The notes beneath the pieces are model-generated. The model made no database searches. It was not told the DNA's origin and was given only the letters and a program-made list of their open reading frames with translations. Position numbers and translations under genes: made by a program. Positions 33,500 to 43,562 of a stretch of DNA of 64,000 nucleotides are shown here, in pieces (within the stretch, counting starts at the first letter, position 1; each line of letters starts with the position of its first letter). Where the stretch lies: positions 107,753 to 171,752 of IMG/VR virus record IMGVR_UViG_3300046615_000208; one strand, 5' to 3'. The DNA comes from a virus. Taxonomy: Duplodnaviria > Caudoviricetes.

Positions 33500-35857
33500 T
33501 TGGCTACTAGAGCAAAGAACAGCGTCGAAAACCAGCCAAGGGACCGATTTGGACGCTGGGTCGCGCAGGGCGCAAACATCAAATGGCGTGCCGATGGCCG
33601 AAACAAGATCGGTATCGTAAAGAGCGCTCTCGACGGGATTGCCAAGGTAGAAGAAAGAAACCCAGACGGTACATCATCTGGGAATACCTATGACGTTCCA
33701 CTTAAGGAAGTACAGGTTCTCGCCTCCAAGGCTCGCATTCCAGTTGCTGGAGAAGAGTTTACCGGAAAGTCAGACAATCTGCAAGATAACCTTGACGATC
33801 CTGCCTTCCAAGATGAACTAAAGAAAAAGGGTCGCAAGTATCTCACCATGCCTTCAGGCTACGCGCTTGAGGTCAAGGACGAGGATGACACCAACCCTCT
33901 CACCTACCAGCTATACGCACCAAATGGTCAGAGCCTAGGTATCTTCTCCAAGGAAGCACTGGCGGTTCTTCAGGAAATGATCGATATGGCAGAGAAGCCG
34001 GAAGATTCGGCTCCGGAGGATGATCAGTCAACTGAAGAGACCGTGGCCCCTGAGCAGGCAGCTTCTCTACAGACCCGTGAAGTACGGAACTTCCGCGTCC
34101 CGCCTAAGGTCAAGGAAGAGATTTCCGCCGTACTGGAGGCTGGAGCCACAAGCTTTTCGGCTGAGGACTTGACAAGGGCTAAGGCCCTCGCGTACGATGA
34201 CACTGTGTCGCTCTCCGACATCAAGTGGATCGGGGCTTACTTCTCTGAAATTGAGGCAGCAGAACGGCTGCGTGGCGGCTACAATGGCCGTAAATGGGCC
34301 TCTAAGGTCCTAGCGCCTGTCGAGAGCGACCCCTTTGCCCCCCAGTCGTCGGGCATCGAGTACGGGCGTTATGACTTTGATGACGCGGTGTTTGATTACT
34401 TCGCCATCAGCGGTGAGGAAGGCTCGCTTGATTCCTTCGCCCTTATTGCTGTAGACTATGAGACAGGTGCGGTGTACGTCTGGAGGGATGAAGGCTTCGA
34501 GTTTGAAGAAGACATCGACATCTCCACGTTTGACGCACCAAATATCACACCTATCGATGTTGATACAGCACTGGAGCTAGCCAAGTACATCGACACCAAT
34601 GTCGATGTTGACGGATACGATATCCGCGATTCCGATGAAGAAGAGCGAAATCTATTCCTCATGGCCGAGGCAGAGCTAGATGATGATGAAATGTACCGTG
34701 TGTACACAATTATCGCTGATGCTACAGGGTACACCCCACAGGAGCGTTCTGTCAACGCACAGCGCCAGAAGCGTGGACCGGGTGGTAAGTTCGGCGGCGG
34801 ACAGGCTACGGGTGCTGCCCCGGCAGGCCAGCTAACGCCTCAGTTCCCTAAGGCCAAGCTTTCCTCCGAGCTTCCTCTTGTTGCAGACATCTCTGCACGA
34901 ATCGAAGAGTGGATCGCATCTGCACCAGAAGCCACAGAAGGCGCTCTAACGGCCTCTGCTGAGTTTGCTGGGGAAACACCCGCACCTGTTGCAGGAGAGG
35001 CCCCAGCAGCCGACGCAGCCCCTGTAGGAGAGGCACCAGCCGAAGCGGCACCAGCCGCTGAAGGGTCAGCCCTCTACTTTGCCATAGTGGACGAGGTTGA
35101 CAAGACTGCTGTGCTGAACGCGTTCGCTATCCTGAAGCAGGACAACGGGCCAAAGGCATACCTACGCGAAAACGCAAAATGGGCAGAGTCTCCGGATGTC
35201 CTTGCAGACATTCAAGGAACAACTCCGCCGCCTGTTGTTGAATTGGCCGTCCCGGAGCCAGCTAAGTCAGTCCTTTCGCAGATCGACCAGCACGACTCTA
35301 CACAGACACAGCAGACTACAGACAGCGAGAACCAGCCAGCCGTAGTAACTGCCAGTGCCTTTGACGATGCGGGTGTTCGAGGGTACGCGCTACCTAATGG
35401 CAGCTACCCGATCTTCGATGCAACCGATCTGGCTGTCTGTGTGGCAGAGTTCTCCGCCAAGGGCGATCCGGAAAACTTCGAAGTAAAGCGCCATATCCGT
35501 AAGAGGGCGTTTGCGCTCAACCGCATGGACCTTGTCCCGGCTGAATGGCGTACCCCAACTACAGTCGAACGCGGCATCGAACTAGAGTCCGCTCCAAATC
35601 TCTACGGAGAATTTGGGGAAGTCATCCTAGCTGCTGGCGGACATCGAGGACACCGTGGCGGCAACGCTGCGGCACTGAAGCGTTACTGGACCGTTGGTCG
35701 AGGCGCAGCAAAGATTCGCTGGGGCACCAAGGGAGACCTTACACGTGCACACCGACACCTAGCAAAATACGTTGGCTCAGAACGCGCTTGGGGCTTGGTA
35801 CAGAACTACCACCAGTCCCTGTTCGGAGTTTCAAACTACAAGAGAGATCACGGGTAA
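33500..35857 (+). CDS. modular minor head protein
   Basis: TTG start after GAAAGG; QPRDRFGRW, ALPNGSYPI and LKRYW...KIRWGTKGD modules. Confidence 0.75.
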   Translation: MATRAKNSVENQPRDRFGRWVAQGANIKWRADGRNKIGIVKSALDGIAKVEERNPDGTSSGNTYDVPLKEVQVLASKARIPVAGEEFTGKSDNLQDNLDDPAFQDELKKKGRKYLTMPSGYALEVKDEDDTNPLTYQLYAPNGQSLGIFSKEALAVLQEMIDMAEKPEDSAPEDDQSTEETVAPEQAASLQTREVRNFRVPPKVKEEISAVLEAGATSFSAEDLTRAKALAYDDTVSLSDIKWIGAYFSEIEAAERLRGGYNGRKWASKVLAPVESDPFAPQSSGIEYGRYDFDDAVFDYFAISGEEGSLDSFALIAVDYETGAVYVWRDEGFEFEEDIDISTFDAPNITPIDVDTALELAKYIDTNVDVDGYDIRDSDEEERNLFLMAEAELDDDEMYRVYTIIADATGYTPQERSVNAQRQKRGPGGKFGGGQATGAAPAGQLTPQFPKAKLSSELPLVADISARIEEWIASAPEATEGALTASAEFAGETPAPVAGEAPAADAAPVGEAPAEAAPAAEGSALYFAIVDEVDKTAVLNAFAILKQDNGPKAYLRENAKWAESPDVLADIQGTTPPPVVELAVPEPAKSVLSQIDQHDSTQTQQTTDSENQPAVVTASAFDDAGVRGYALPNGSYPIFDATDLAVCVAEFSAKGDPENFEVKRHIRKRAFALNRMDLVPAEWRTPTTVERGIELESAPNLYGEFGEVILAAGGHRGHRGGNAAALKRYWTVGRGAAKIRWGTKGDLTRAHRHLAKYVGSERAWGLVQNYHQSLFGVSNYKRDHG

Positions 35858-35862
35858 CACGG

Positions 35863-37377
35863 ATGAAGATTCCACCAAAGTTTGATGAAGACATCATCAA
35901 GAACTTCAACCTCATCGACCCTGTCATTGAAACTGCACTAGTAGCAGCAGCGACATCGGTTCGTGAACTACAAGAAACTATACCAGAGACGGTAGAGGAT
36001 GTCCAGTCATCCGGAGCTAAATTCTTCATCCCTCTCGCGGTACCCGAAGGTGTATCGTCCGGTGACGAACGCATCTTCGATGAAAACTCTATCACCATCC
36101 GCGACCTACCGCTACCCCTACGCTGGCAAATCATTTCTGATGAGGGCCACAAGGGGTCTGTGGTGGTCGGACGCATTGACTCCATCGAAAGAGTTGAGGG
36201 CGGTCTTGGAAATGTGCGAGGCGTATTCGATGTCGGCGCATATGGCCGAGAATGTGAACGTCTTGTGCGGGGTAAGTTTATCCGTGGTGTATCGGTAGAT
36301 GTTGACAAGTTCGAAGCGTCTCAGGCTCCTGAAGAAGGCGAAGAGCGTCAATTTGCAGACAAGGACGAAATTAAGAATCAAAAGATTCGAATTAAGTCCG
36401 CAAGGCTAATGGGCATAACAGTTGTCCCAATGCCTGCCTTCCAAGAGGCAATTATTATGATCGAAGAAGAGCCTTCACTATCGAATGGAGATGATGTTGT
36501 GGAAGACGGCATCTACACAGAACAGCTAGAGGGTGAAGACATGGAGTACGCAGCAATTCTTGCTTCCGCTGCCCCAGTAGTACCACCGCGTAGCTGGTTC
36601 AATAACCCCAAGCTAAACGAACCTACACCCCTGAAGGTCACAGATGAGGGGCAGGTCTTCGGACACATTGCCCTCTGGAACGCCACCCACATCGGTATGC
36701 CGAGTGCAACGAAACCTCCGCACTCTTCATCCAAGTACGCCTATTTCCGGACCGGAGAACTGCGTACAGACGATGGCGACGTACAGGTAGGCCAGCTAAC
36801 ACTCGTGGGTGGACACGCAGATTACAATGCGAGCGCATTTGCCGCTGTCAAGCACTACGATGACACCAAGAGCGCTGTAGTGGACGTTGTGGCTGGCGAA
36901 GACCAGTTCGGCATCTTCGTAGCTGGCGCTTTGCGTCCGGGAGTCTCACCTGAGCAGGTACGTGTCCTGAGGGCGTCATCGTTCTCGGGCGACTGGCGAC
37001 CAATCAACGGCAGGCTTGAGCTTGTTGCTGTCTGTGCCGTCAACGTTCCGGGTTTCATGACCCCACGTGCAATTCTTGCTTCCGCAGGCGGAAAGGTTAC
37101 AGCGCTTATTGCGGCTGGAGCATCCCCACTGGCTGACCTAAAGGAAAACCAGAGGTTCCGCGAAATGGAAGAGCGACTTTCGCGCATGGAGTTTACCATC
37201 AACTCCAAGCGAGCAGCCGAGCTTCTGTCCCGCTTCTCTGATCTTGAGGCGCAGGAAGAGGCTAGCCTGTCCGCGAGGGCAGCAGCCGCGTTCAGCAGAT
37301 TTGAGCCGGAAATCCCATCTGAGGAATCCGAGCTATCTACTAAAATTGAACAACTAATGAGCCGATTTAACGATTAA
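35863..37377 (+). CDS. capsid maturation protease
   Basis: SGDER, LPLPL, GH.GSVVVGRI, RGVSVD, VPMPAF and C-terminal SGDWR..LEL..VNVPGF; precedes the capsid gene. Confidence 0.8.
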   Translation: MKIPPKFDEDIIKNFNLIDPVIETALVAAATSVRELQETIPETVEDVQSSGAKFFIPLAVPEGVSSGDERIFDENSITIRDLPLPLRWQIISDEGHKGSVVVGRIDSIERVEGGLGNVRGVFDVGAYGRECERLVRGKFIRGVSVDVDKFEASQAPEEGEERQFADKDEIKNQKIRIKSARLMGITVVPMPAFQEAIIMIEEEPSLSNGDDVVEDGIYTEQLEGEDMEYAAILASAAPVVPPRSWFNNPKLNEPTPLKVTDEGQVFGHIALWNATHIGMPSATKPPHSSSKYAYFRTGELRTDDGDVQVGQLTLVGGHADYNASAFAAVKHYDDTKSAVVDVVAGEDQFGIFVAGALRPGVSPEQVRVLRASSFSGDWRPINGRLELVAVCAVNVPGFMTPRAILASAGGKVTALIAAGASPLADLKENQRFREMEERLSRMEFTINSKRAAELLSRFSDLEAQEEASLSARAAAAFSRFEPEIPSEESELSTKIEQLMSRFND

Positions 37378-37380
37378 CAG

Positions 37381-37413
37381 GAAAGGCCACCTATTCACTT
37401 AGGTGGCCTTTTC
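37381..37413 (+). terminator. intrinsic terminator
   Basis: AAAGGCCACCTA / TAGGTGGCCTTTT. Confidence 0.85.
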
Positions 37414-37579
37414 GTGTGTCTACGAAAAACTAAACACACACACGGTAAAAATTGATGTGCTACAATAGATATTATTAACGAGCGAAGAGCCACCTACGAG
37501 CTACTTTCCCTCCGTTTCACAAATGACGTGCCTCCATGAGTATCTAAACTCATTTACCAAAACTTTGAAGGAGGGAACC

Positions 37580-39568
37580 ATGGATAATATCCTATCAAGC
37601 CTAGAGCGCATCTCAGAACTTTCTGAGGACGAGCTAAAGAGCCTACAGGAATCCGTGTTTACCGAATACAAGTCGGTTAAGCCGAAAGACGAGACCGCCT
37701 ACACCGCAGACACAGTAGCAGCCCTAGAACAGCTTGCAGATGCCAAGGACGCGATTACCGCAGAACTGGCAACACGCGCAGAGCAGGCTTCACAGCTTGC
37801 AGCAGCCGCAGAAGCAGCAACTTCCCGCCTAGACGCAGCAGAGCCAGACTCCGGGTCTGACGATGCCGTAGAGGGCGATCCAGCAGCAGAGGAAGCTCCA
37901 GCAGAGGAAGCTCCTGTAGAAGAAGCCCCAGCCGCTGATGAGGAAGAGAAGAAGAAGGAGGAAGACGACAAGAAGATTGGCGAGTTTGCAGCCGAAGAGC
38001 CTGTCGTTGAAGCTCCAGCAGAGGAAGCTCCTGTAGCAGCCGAAGCTGAGGTCACTACCGATTCCGAAGCCGAAGCAACCGGCAATGTCACTGAGGAAGA
38101 GAAGGCAGAGGAAACTCCAGCCGTCGAAGCCGAAGAAGTTGCAACAGAAGAAACCCCAGAATCCACTGAAGAGGACAAAGATTCCGCTTCAGATGCTACC
38201 ACAGAAGAAAGCTCGGAGGAAACAGTGACTAACTCAAACCTCAACTCATTCTCTGCTCCAGAGGAAAACGCCCCGGTTGTTGAAGTTGCAAAGGCAACCA
38301 CAACCATTACCGCCAGCGCTGATTTTGACCGTATCACATCCGGTACTCAGCTAACAAGCCTGCGTCAGGTTGCACAGGGTATCGTTACCAAGCGTAACGC
38401 CATCAAGAATGGCATGGGCGCTGACAACGAATACATCAACGTTGCTACCATCAACACCGAATTCTCCGCTGATCGCGTTCTTGAGCGCAATGACGCCGAG
38501 GGCAACAAGGCCATCATCGACGCAGTCGTCTCCCCTGAGGCACTCGTTGCTGCCGGTGGTCTGACCGCACCTGTTGAGACCAGCTACGATATCTTCGAGC
38601 TTGGCGAGACCGATGCACGTCCAGTACGTGACTCCCTCCCGAAGTTCAACGCTGAGCGTGGCGGTATCCGCTTCCTCACCGCTCCGATCATCGATGACCT
38701 TGACGGTGCCGTATCCGTATGGACCCTTCAGGACGACATCGATGCCGCATCGGCTGGCGCTCCTAACCCGGTCAAGCCTTGCCTCCGCGTTCTTGCAGGA
38801 GAGGAAGTCACCGTTCACGTTGACGCCATCCCTCTCTGCTTGACCTTCGGTAACCTCCAGACTCGTGCATACCCTGAGCTTGTAGAGCGTCACATCAAGC
38901 TTGGTATGGTTTGGCACGCACGTTTCGCTGAGCAGAAGCTGCTCACCGAGATCGGTCGTCTGTCCACTAACATTGCAGTTGGTGCAACTCTGGGTGCCGC
39001 TCGCGACATCTTCTCCCAGATCGAAGTTGCTGCCGCAGCTTACCGTAACCGTTACCGTATCGCTTCCAACGCGAAGCTCCGCGTAATGTTCCCAGAGTGG
39101 TTCCGTAACGCTCTGCGCTCTGACCTCATGAAGCAGCTTCCGGGCGACGGTCGTGACGGTACATTCAACCTTGGCGAAGCCGAGATCAACTCATGGTTCG
39201 CTTCTCGCGACATTGCAGTTACTTGGTTCATCGATGGCGAAGAGGGCCAGATTTTCGGCGCTCAGGTAGATGCAACAACTGACGGCGGCACTGGCGTTGT
39301 CACTCCTGCTGCACTGCTTGCCTTCCCTGATACTCTGGTATGGTACCTCTTCGCAGAGGGCACCTTCATCTTCCTTGACGCTGGTACACTTGACCTCGGT
39401 CTTGTCCGCGACTCCGCCCTCAACGGCACCAACGACTACAAGATTTTCTTGGAGACATTCGAAGGTGTTGCCAAGGTCGGTCAGGAATCCCTCCGTATCA
39501 AGTCTGACCTCTCCATCCGTGGTGCCTCTTCAGGTACCGTTGATGTTCCGGTGACAAACAGCATCTAA
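37580..39568 (+). CDS. major capsid protein with N-terminal acidic scaffold region
   Basis: AAGGAGG RBS; E/A-rich N-terminus, then ALVAAGG, RPVRDSLP, RGG, LDLGLVRDS.LN..ND..F.ETFEG. Confidence 0.88.
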   Translation: MDNILSSLERISELSEDELKSLQESVFTEYKSVKPKDETAYTADTVAALEQLADAKDAITAELATRAEQASQLAAAAEAATSRLDAAEPDSGSDDAVEGDPAAEEAPAEEAPVEEAPAADEEEKKKEEDDKKIGEFAAEEPVVEAPAEEAPVAAEAEVTTDSEAEATGNVTEEEKAEETPAVEAEEVATEETPESTEEDKDSASDATTEESSEETVTNSNLNSFSAPEENAPVVEVAKATTTITASADFDRITSGTQLTSLRQVAQGIVTKRNAIKNGMGADNEYINVATINTEFSADRVLERNDAEGNKAIIDAVVSPEALVAAGGLTAPVETSYDIFELGETDARPVRDSLPKFNAERGGIRFLTAPIIDDLDGAVSVWTLQDDIDAASAGAPNPVKPCLRVLAGEEVTVHVDAIPLCLTFGNLQTRAYPELVERHIKLGMVWHARFAEQKLLTEIGRLSTNIAVGATLGAARDIFSQIEVAAAAYRNRYRIASNAKLRVMFPEWFRNALRSDLMKQLPGDGRDGTFNLGEAEINSWFASRDIAVTWFIDGEEGQIFGAQVDATTDGGTGVVTPAALLAFPDTLVWYLFAEGTFIFLDAGTLDLGLVRDSALNGTNDYKIFLETFEGVAKVGQESLRIKSDLSIRGASSGTVDVPVTNSI

Positions 39569-39622
39569 TCTAGCTTGAACAACGAATACGTAGCTGGACT
39601 CAATTTACCCTAAGGATACCAC

Positions 39623-40486
39623 ATGGTACGCAGTAACACAACCATAGTAGCGACAGAAATGCCGTCAATGGCTCCTTTCGGTATTTTGAGTCCAGCTACT
39701 ACTCTTAAAGAACTTGATGACTCTTCAACAGCGGGTCTGACATACATCATATCTGACGCTGGGCTTCTTGTCAACAACCGCACCATCAATGGTGGCGGCA
39801 CTGAGACTGAGACAGTTGTCGATAACACTGAGAACAAGCAGACTCACGGATTCTACTACCCATTCGAGATCGAAGCGTCTTTGACATCTTCGACCATGGG
39901 TCGTCGTCCTGAGTCCCTGTATGAGGCCGCGTCAAACGCTCTGGACCTCGTAGCTCAAAAGGCTATCGAGTCTGAGTTCTGGCACGGCACTATCGCTAAG
40001 TCTCTGACCAAGGAAAACGACAACCGTTACCTTTCTCAGGACCATGCTCTCGATGTTACACCAACTGCTGGTACAGCGGTCAAGGTGCGTTACGGTCAGG
40101 CCCTCCTAGAAGAAGCTCTGGCTGAAACACCCCTAAGCGCTGTAGGCACCATCCATGCCCCGAAGCTTATTGCCAGTGTTCTCCAGACAGCAAATGACAA
40201 CGGCGCTCTAAGGACTAACTTGGGCACCTACGTAGTTGCAGGATCAGGCTATTCGCACATTGGCCCAGACGGAGTACTTGCTCCGACAGGTCGCGCATGG
40301 ATGTATGCGACAGGGCCAGTCACTGTACACCTTGGCAGTATCAATGTGGTTCCTGAAAAGATGAACCAGTCTATTGATACAGCTACAAACACCATCACGT
40401 ACTACGTGAACCGACCAGCCGCTGTTACATGGTCCACCACACATCTTTACGCAGTACTCGTTGATCTAACACTAGATTACGCCTAG
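39623..40486 (+). CDS. second capsid-fold protein (probable pentamer/vertex capsid protein)
   Basis: Follows the MCP; E.EFW.G, GTIH, T.LG..VV.G.GY and WMYATGPV motifs. Confidence 0.65.
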   Translation: MVRSNTTIVATEMPSMAPFGILSPATTLKELDDSSTAGLTYIISDAGLLVNNRTINGGGTETETVVDNTENKQTHGFYYPFEIEASLTSSTMGRRPESLYEAASNALDLVAQKAIESEFWHGTIAKSLTKENDNRYLSQDHALDVTPTAGTAVKVRYGQALLEEALAETPLSAVGTIHAPKLIASVLQTANDNGALRTNLGTYVVAGSGYSHIGPDGVLAPTGRAWMYATGPVTVHLGSINVVPEKMNQSIDTATNTITYYVNRPAAVTWSTTHLYAVLVDLTLDYA

Positions 40487-40503
40487 ACTAGGAGAATAAC
40501 CCA

Positions 40504-41187
40504 ATGGCACAAGATTACGCATCTTCCATCATGGGTGTTGCGATTAGGGTCAGCCGACTCACTCCATCCGGAGCTATCGCAACAGGAGCAAACGCTTCAT
40601 ACGTCACTTCAAAGTTCGTATCCCTTTCTTTCACACCTGAATTTGAAGCCGGTGACGAGTTCACCCAGAAGGCAGCAGACGGTAGCGTTTGCTCGTCCCT
40701 CAAGGCTCCTGATACACTAAAGCGCGTCAACATCTCCATTGCTCTCTGTGACCCGGACCCCGAGTTTACAGAAATCATTGCCGGTGGTACCCTACTTACC
40801 GAGGTAGATGGCGCAGACACCAAGACCGTTGGTTGGAAGGCCCCTCTCGTAGGTGTCGATGCTACTCCTAACGGTGTCGCTATCGAGGTTTGGTCCAAGG
40901 CTGTTGCAGGCGGTAAGGTTTCTGGCATTAACCGCTACTTCCACTGGATTTTCCCTTACGCACAGATGCACATCTCCGGTGACCGAGTAATCGAAAACGG
41001 TATGATGGCAACTAACTTCGAAGGCTGGGCTGTCGGTAACGCCACATTCAGCACTTCCGTCACTGCTCTGACAGGCACCAAGCCTTCACCGGCATGGGCG
41101 TACACCACTGAATCCCCGATTGCCTACGCCCGAGTAGATGCAGCCCCAGCGGTTCAGGGTTACAACCTCGTTGGCACAGCGGTCTAA
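40504..41187 (+). CDS. major tail protein
   Basis: GDEFTQKAADGSVC, CDPDP, AIEVWS, YFHWIFPY; followed by a terminator. Confidence 0.8.
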   Translation: MAQDYASSIMGVAIRVSRLTPSGAIATGANASYVTSKFVSLSFTPEFEAGDEFTQKAADGSVCSSLKAPDTLKRVNISIALCDPDPEFTEIIAGGTLLTEVDGADTKTVGWKAPLVGVDATPNGVAIEVWSKAVAGGKVSGINRYFHWIFPYAQMHISGDRVIENGMMATNFEGWAVGNATFSTSVTALTGTKPSPAWAYTTESPIAYARVDAAPAVQGYNLVGTAV

Positions 41188-41210
41188 TAGTAGCTCGTAG
41201 CTAAATAAGT

Positions 41211-41247
41211 TCTGGTCGATCCCTTAGGGGGTCGGCCAGACCTGTTT
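41211..41247 (+). terminator. intrinsic terminator
   Basis: TCTGGTCGATCCC / GGGGTCGGCCAGA. Confidence 0.7.
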
Positions 41248-41291
41248 ATGGGCATGATATAATTGAACCACACCTAAGTAACGGAGACAAA

Positions 41292-41981
41292 ATGGCAAAA
41301 CTGTGGATAAGCCCTTCGGACACCATTGATCCTACCGGTATGTACACGGACGAAGCAATTCAAACTGCCAGCACCGTTCTTTACAAATTGACCGGTGAGA
41401 AATACCCCGGTATTTCCACTTCAACCGATGCAATTACCTCCACCGCATACACAAACATGATGACTACCCCGCAGGTTATCCGTGGCCAGATGTACAATCT
41501 ACCACGAGCAACCATGGGCGGTCAACGTGAACTGAATCTCAGGCAAAAACCTGTACTTGCAGTGGAATCCGTGTATGCCAATGGTGTATTGCTCGATCCT
41601 TCCCAATATTCCTTGCGGAACAACGCTTACATTGTCAGGACCGCACCGTACCAATGGATTCTAAGCCCGACATCCGAGATTATAGTGACCTATAAGCACG
41701 GTGCAAGGCCTCCTGTAGCCGGAAAAGCGGCTGCAACAAGGCTTGCTAATGAGATTATCCTGTGGTACCTCGGTGACAACCGATGCGCCCTTCCGGAGCG
41801 TATCACGTCTGTGGCCCGTCAGGGTATCTCGTATACCATTCTAGACCCTCAGGACTTCATTAGTCAAGGCAAGACCGGAATCTACTCCGTGGACTCCTTC
41901 ATTGCAGCCGTAAACCCTGACAAACAGCGTAAGAAGCCAGCAATATTCCATCCCGGAACCAGAATAGAGAGAATCAACTAA
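41292..41981 (+). CDS. head-to-tail adaptor
   Basis: CALPERITSVARQGIS and KTGIYSVD.FI..VNP motifs. Confidence 0.75.
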   Translation: MAKLWISPSDTIDPTGMYTDEAIQTASTVLYKLTGEKYPGISTSTDAITSTAYTNMMTTPQVIRGQMYNLPRATMGGQRELNLRQKPVLAVESVYANGVLLDPSQYSLRNNAYIVRTAPYQWILSPTSEIIVTYKHGARPPVAGKAAATRLANEIILWYLGDNRCALPERITSVARQGISYTILDPQDFISQGKTGIYSVDSFIAAVNPDKQRKKPAIFHPGTRIERIN

Positions 41982-41982
41982 T

Positions 41983-42237
41983 ATGTCTACTTCACACAAC
42001 CCGTACGCACCGCGTGTAAAGGCCCCAGAAGCCGCTGTAGAAGCCGAAAAGACCGAAGAGGTCCAAGAGTCCGTCGAGACCGCCCCAGAGCCTCAGGGAG
42101 TACCTGACGGCCCTGCCGCAGAAGTTCTAGAATGGGTTGGCGACGACAAGGACCGCGCCAAGAAGGCACTTGAAGCTGAGGAAGCAGGCCAGCAGCGTGT
42201 AGGCCTCACCAAGAAGCTCAAGGAACTAGCAGAATAA
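41983..42237 (+). CDS. small virion-associated protein
   Basis: VPDG..AEVLEWVG.D..RA..AL.AE motif. Confidence 0.7.
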   Translation: MSTSHNPYAPRVKAPEAAVEAEKTEEVQESVETAPEPQGVPDGPAAEVLEWVGDDKDRAKKALEAEEAGQQRVGLTKKLKELAE

Positions 42238-42244
42238 GGTCACC

Positions 42245-42820
42245 ATGCCTGAACTAAATGACATAATTGACATGGCCCAACACTTGTTGGACACAATCAA
42301 TCGCGTCTACGCAGATGCAGGCCTTGAAGCCCCTGACCGCCAGTACTATGTTATTGGCGGTCAGGGACAGACAGTGCATGATTGTGAACAAGTAACAGTA
42401 TCTTGGGACCAAGCATATTCGGGAATCCCAGCTAATGAAGCGGCAGTACCTGTCGTCTGCGATACCATGCACACAGCAAGCTTTATTGTGGAGGTTGTTA
42501 GAAGGGTAAATACCGCTCGAACACCGGAAGACCCGATGGCATTGCCAAATCAGCAGACTACAAAAAATCTCCCCGGAAGATACGCAGGCGGAACGCTTGG
42601 ACAGGCCGAAGTACCTACGCCTGAAGACTTTATTAGGGAAGCGCGAGTACAAATGCAGGACGCGATCCTGCTTTTGAGGGCTGGGCTTTTGGCTGGAGAG
42701 TCTACAACTCTTGGTACCTCCATTGTTGATGTCTCCGCAGGCTCTCCAAGTGGCGGCTATCAGGCCACCATCATGAATTACACAGCAGCATTCGGCTTCG
42801 ACCCGATGATGATGCTGTAA
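42245..42820 (+). CDS. tail completion/terminator-like protein
   Basis: Position in the neck module; GG near the C-terminus. Confidence 0.55.
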   Translation: MPELNDIIDMAQHLLDTINRVYADAGLEAPDRQYYVIGGQGQTVHDCEQVTVSWDQAYSGIPANEAAVPVVCDTMHTASFIVEVVRRVNTARTPEDPMALPNQQTTKNLPGRYAGGTLGQAEVPTPEDFIREARVQMQDAILLLRAGLLAGESTTLGTSIVDVSAGSPSGGYQATIMNYTAAFGFDPMMML

Positions 42821-42823
42821 ATC

Positions 42824-43207
42824 ATGGCCACATTTCATCCTGACCGCACAGCGATGCGGCACATGCTACGTGGTCCGGGTGGGCTGGTATACAACGAGAT
42901 ACACAAGCGCACCCGACGCGCTAATACCTTTGCAAAGGCACAGGTAGGTAAGGATACAAGAGAACTTTACCGTTCCATCAGTTACAGAATTACCGCTGGA
43001 TCAGGGAATGTTCTAGGCGTGGTAAGTGCAAATAACAAAATTGCGCTCATGCACCACAATGGTACGCGTCCGCACATCATTGCGGCTCGTAATGCACAAA
43101 CACTGCGCTTTAAATCTCGTGGTAAAATAGTATATGCAAAGGTTGTTCGTCACCCCGGAACTCGTCCAAACCGATTCCTCACCGACAGCCTTCACAAAGT
43201 AGTTTAA
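42824..43207 (+). CDS. neck protein (HK97 gp10-like)
   Basis: Basic; HNGTRPHII, V.HPGT.PN.FL. Confidence 0.7.
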   Translation: MATFHPDRTAMRHMLRGPGGLVYNEIHKRTRRANTFAKAQVGKDTRELYRSISYRITAGSGNVLGVVSANNKIALMHHNGTRPHIIAARNAQTLRFKSRGKIVYAKVVRHPGTRPNRFLTDSLHKVV

Positions 43208-43229
43208 TTGACGCTAATTAAGGAATGAC

Positions 43230-43562
43230 ATGGCAGCACGCAGAACAGTAAAGTCTTTTACCTCTTCTAAGGAAAAGGCAGTTGTAGCACCGATTGAGTT
43301 CGAGCTTGAGGGTGAAACCTTTGAAGCTTACGGACAGGTTCCCGGTGCGGTACTCTTGGAGTTTATCGCCGCATCCGCAGGAGAGGACTCCAACGGAACA
43401 GCAGGCGCAATTCTCGCCTATCTGAAGAGTTCCATGAATAAAGAGAATCACAAGCGATTCGACACGCTAATCCATGATCCTGAGAAGGCCATCGAGCTAC
43501 AGGTCCTTGCCGATATCGTCGCCCACCTTGTAGAAGAGCGTTCTTCGCGCCCTACCGAGTAG
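43230..43562 (+). CDS. tail assembly chaperone
   Basis: FEL.GETF; ends ...RPTE; two genes upstream of the tape measure. Confidence 0.75.
   Translation: MAARRTVKSFTSSKEKAVVAPIEFELEGETFEAYGQVPGAVLLEFIAASAGEDSNGTAGAILAYLKSSMNKENHKRFDTLIHDPEKAIELQVLADIVAHLVEERSSRPTE

Noticed and set aside
35545-35862. 106-aa N-terminal extension of the protease ORF
   Set aside because: Overlaps the conserved-looking C-terminus of the upstream gene; ATG 35863 follows that gene's stop
37870-38040. GAAGCTCCAGCAGAGGAAGCTCCTGTAG repeats
   Set aside because: Encode EAPAEEAPV in the capsid scaffold region; ordinary low-complexity coding repeats
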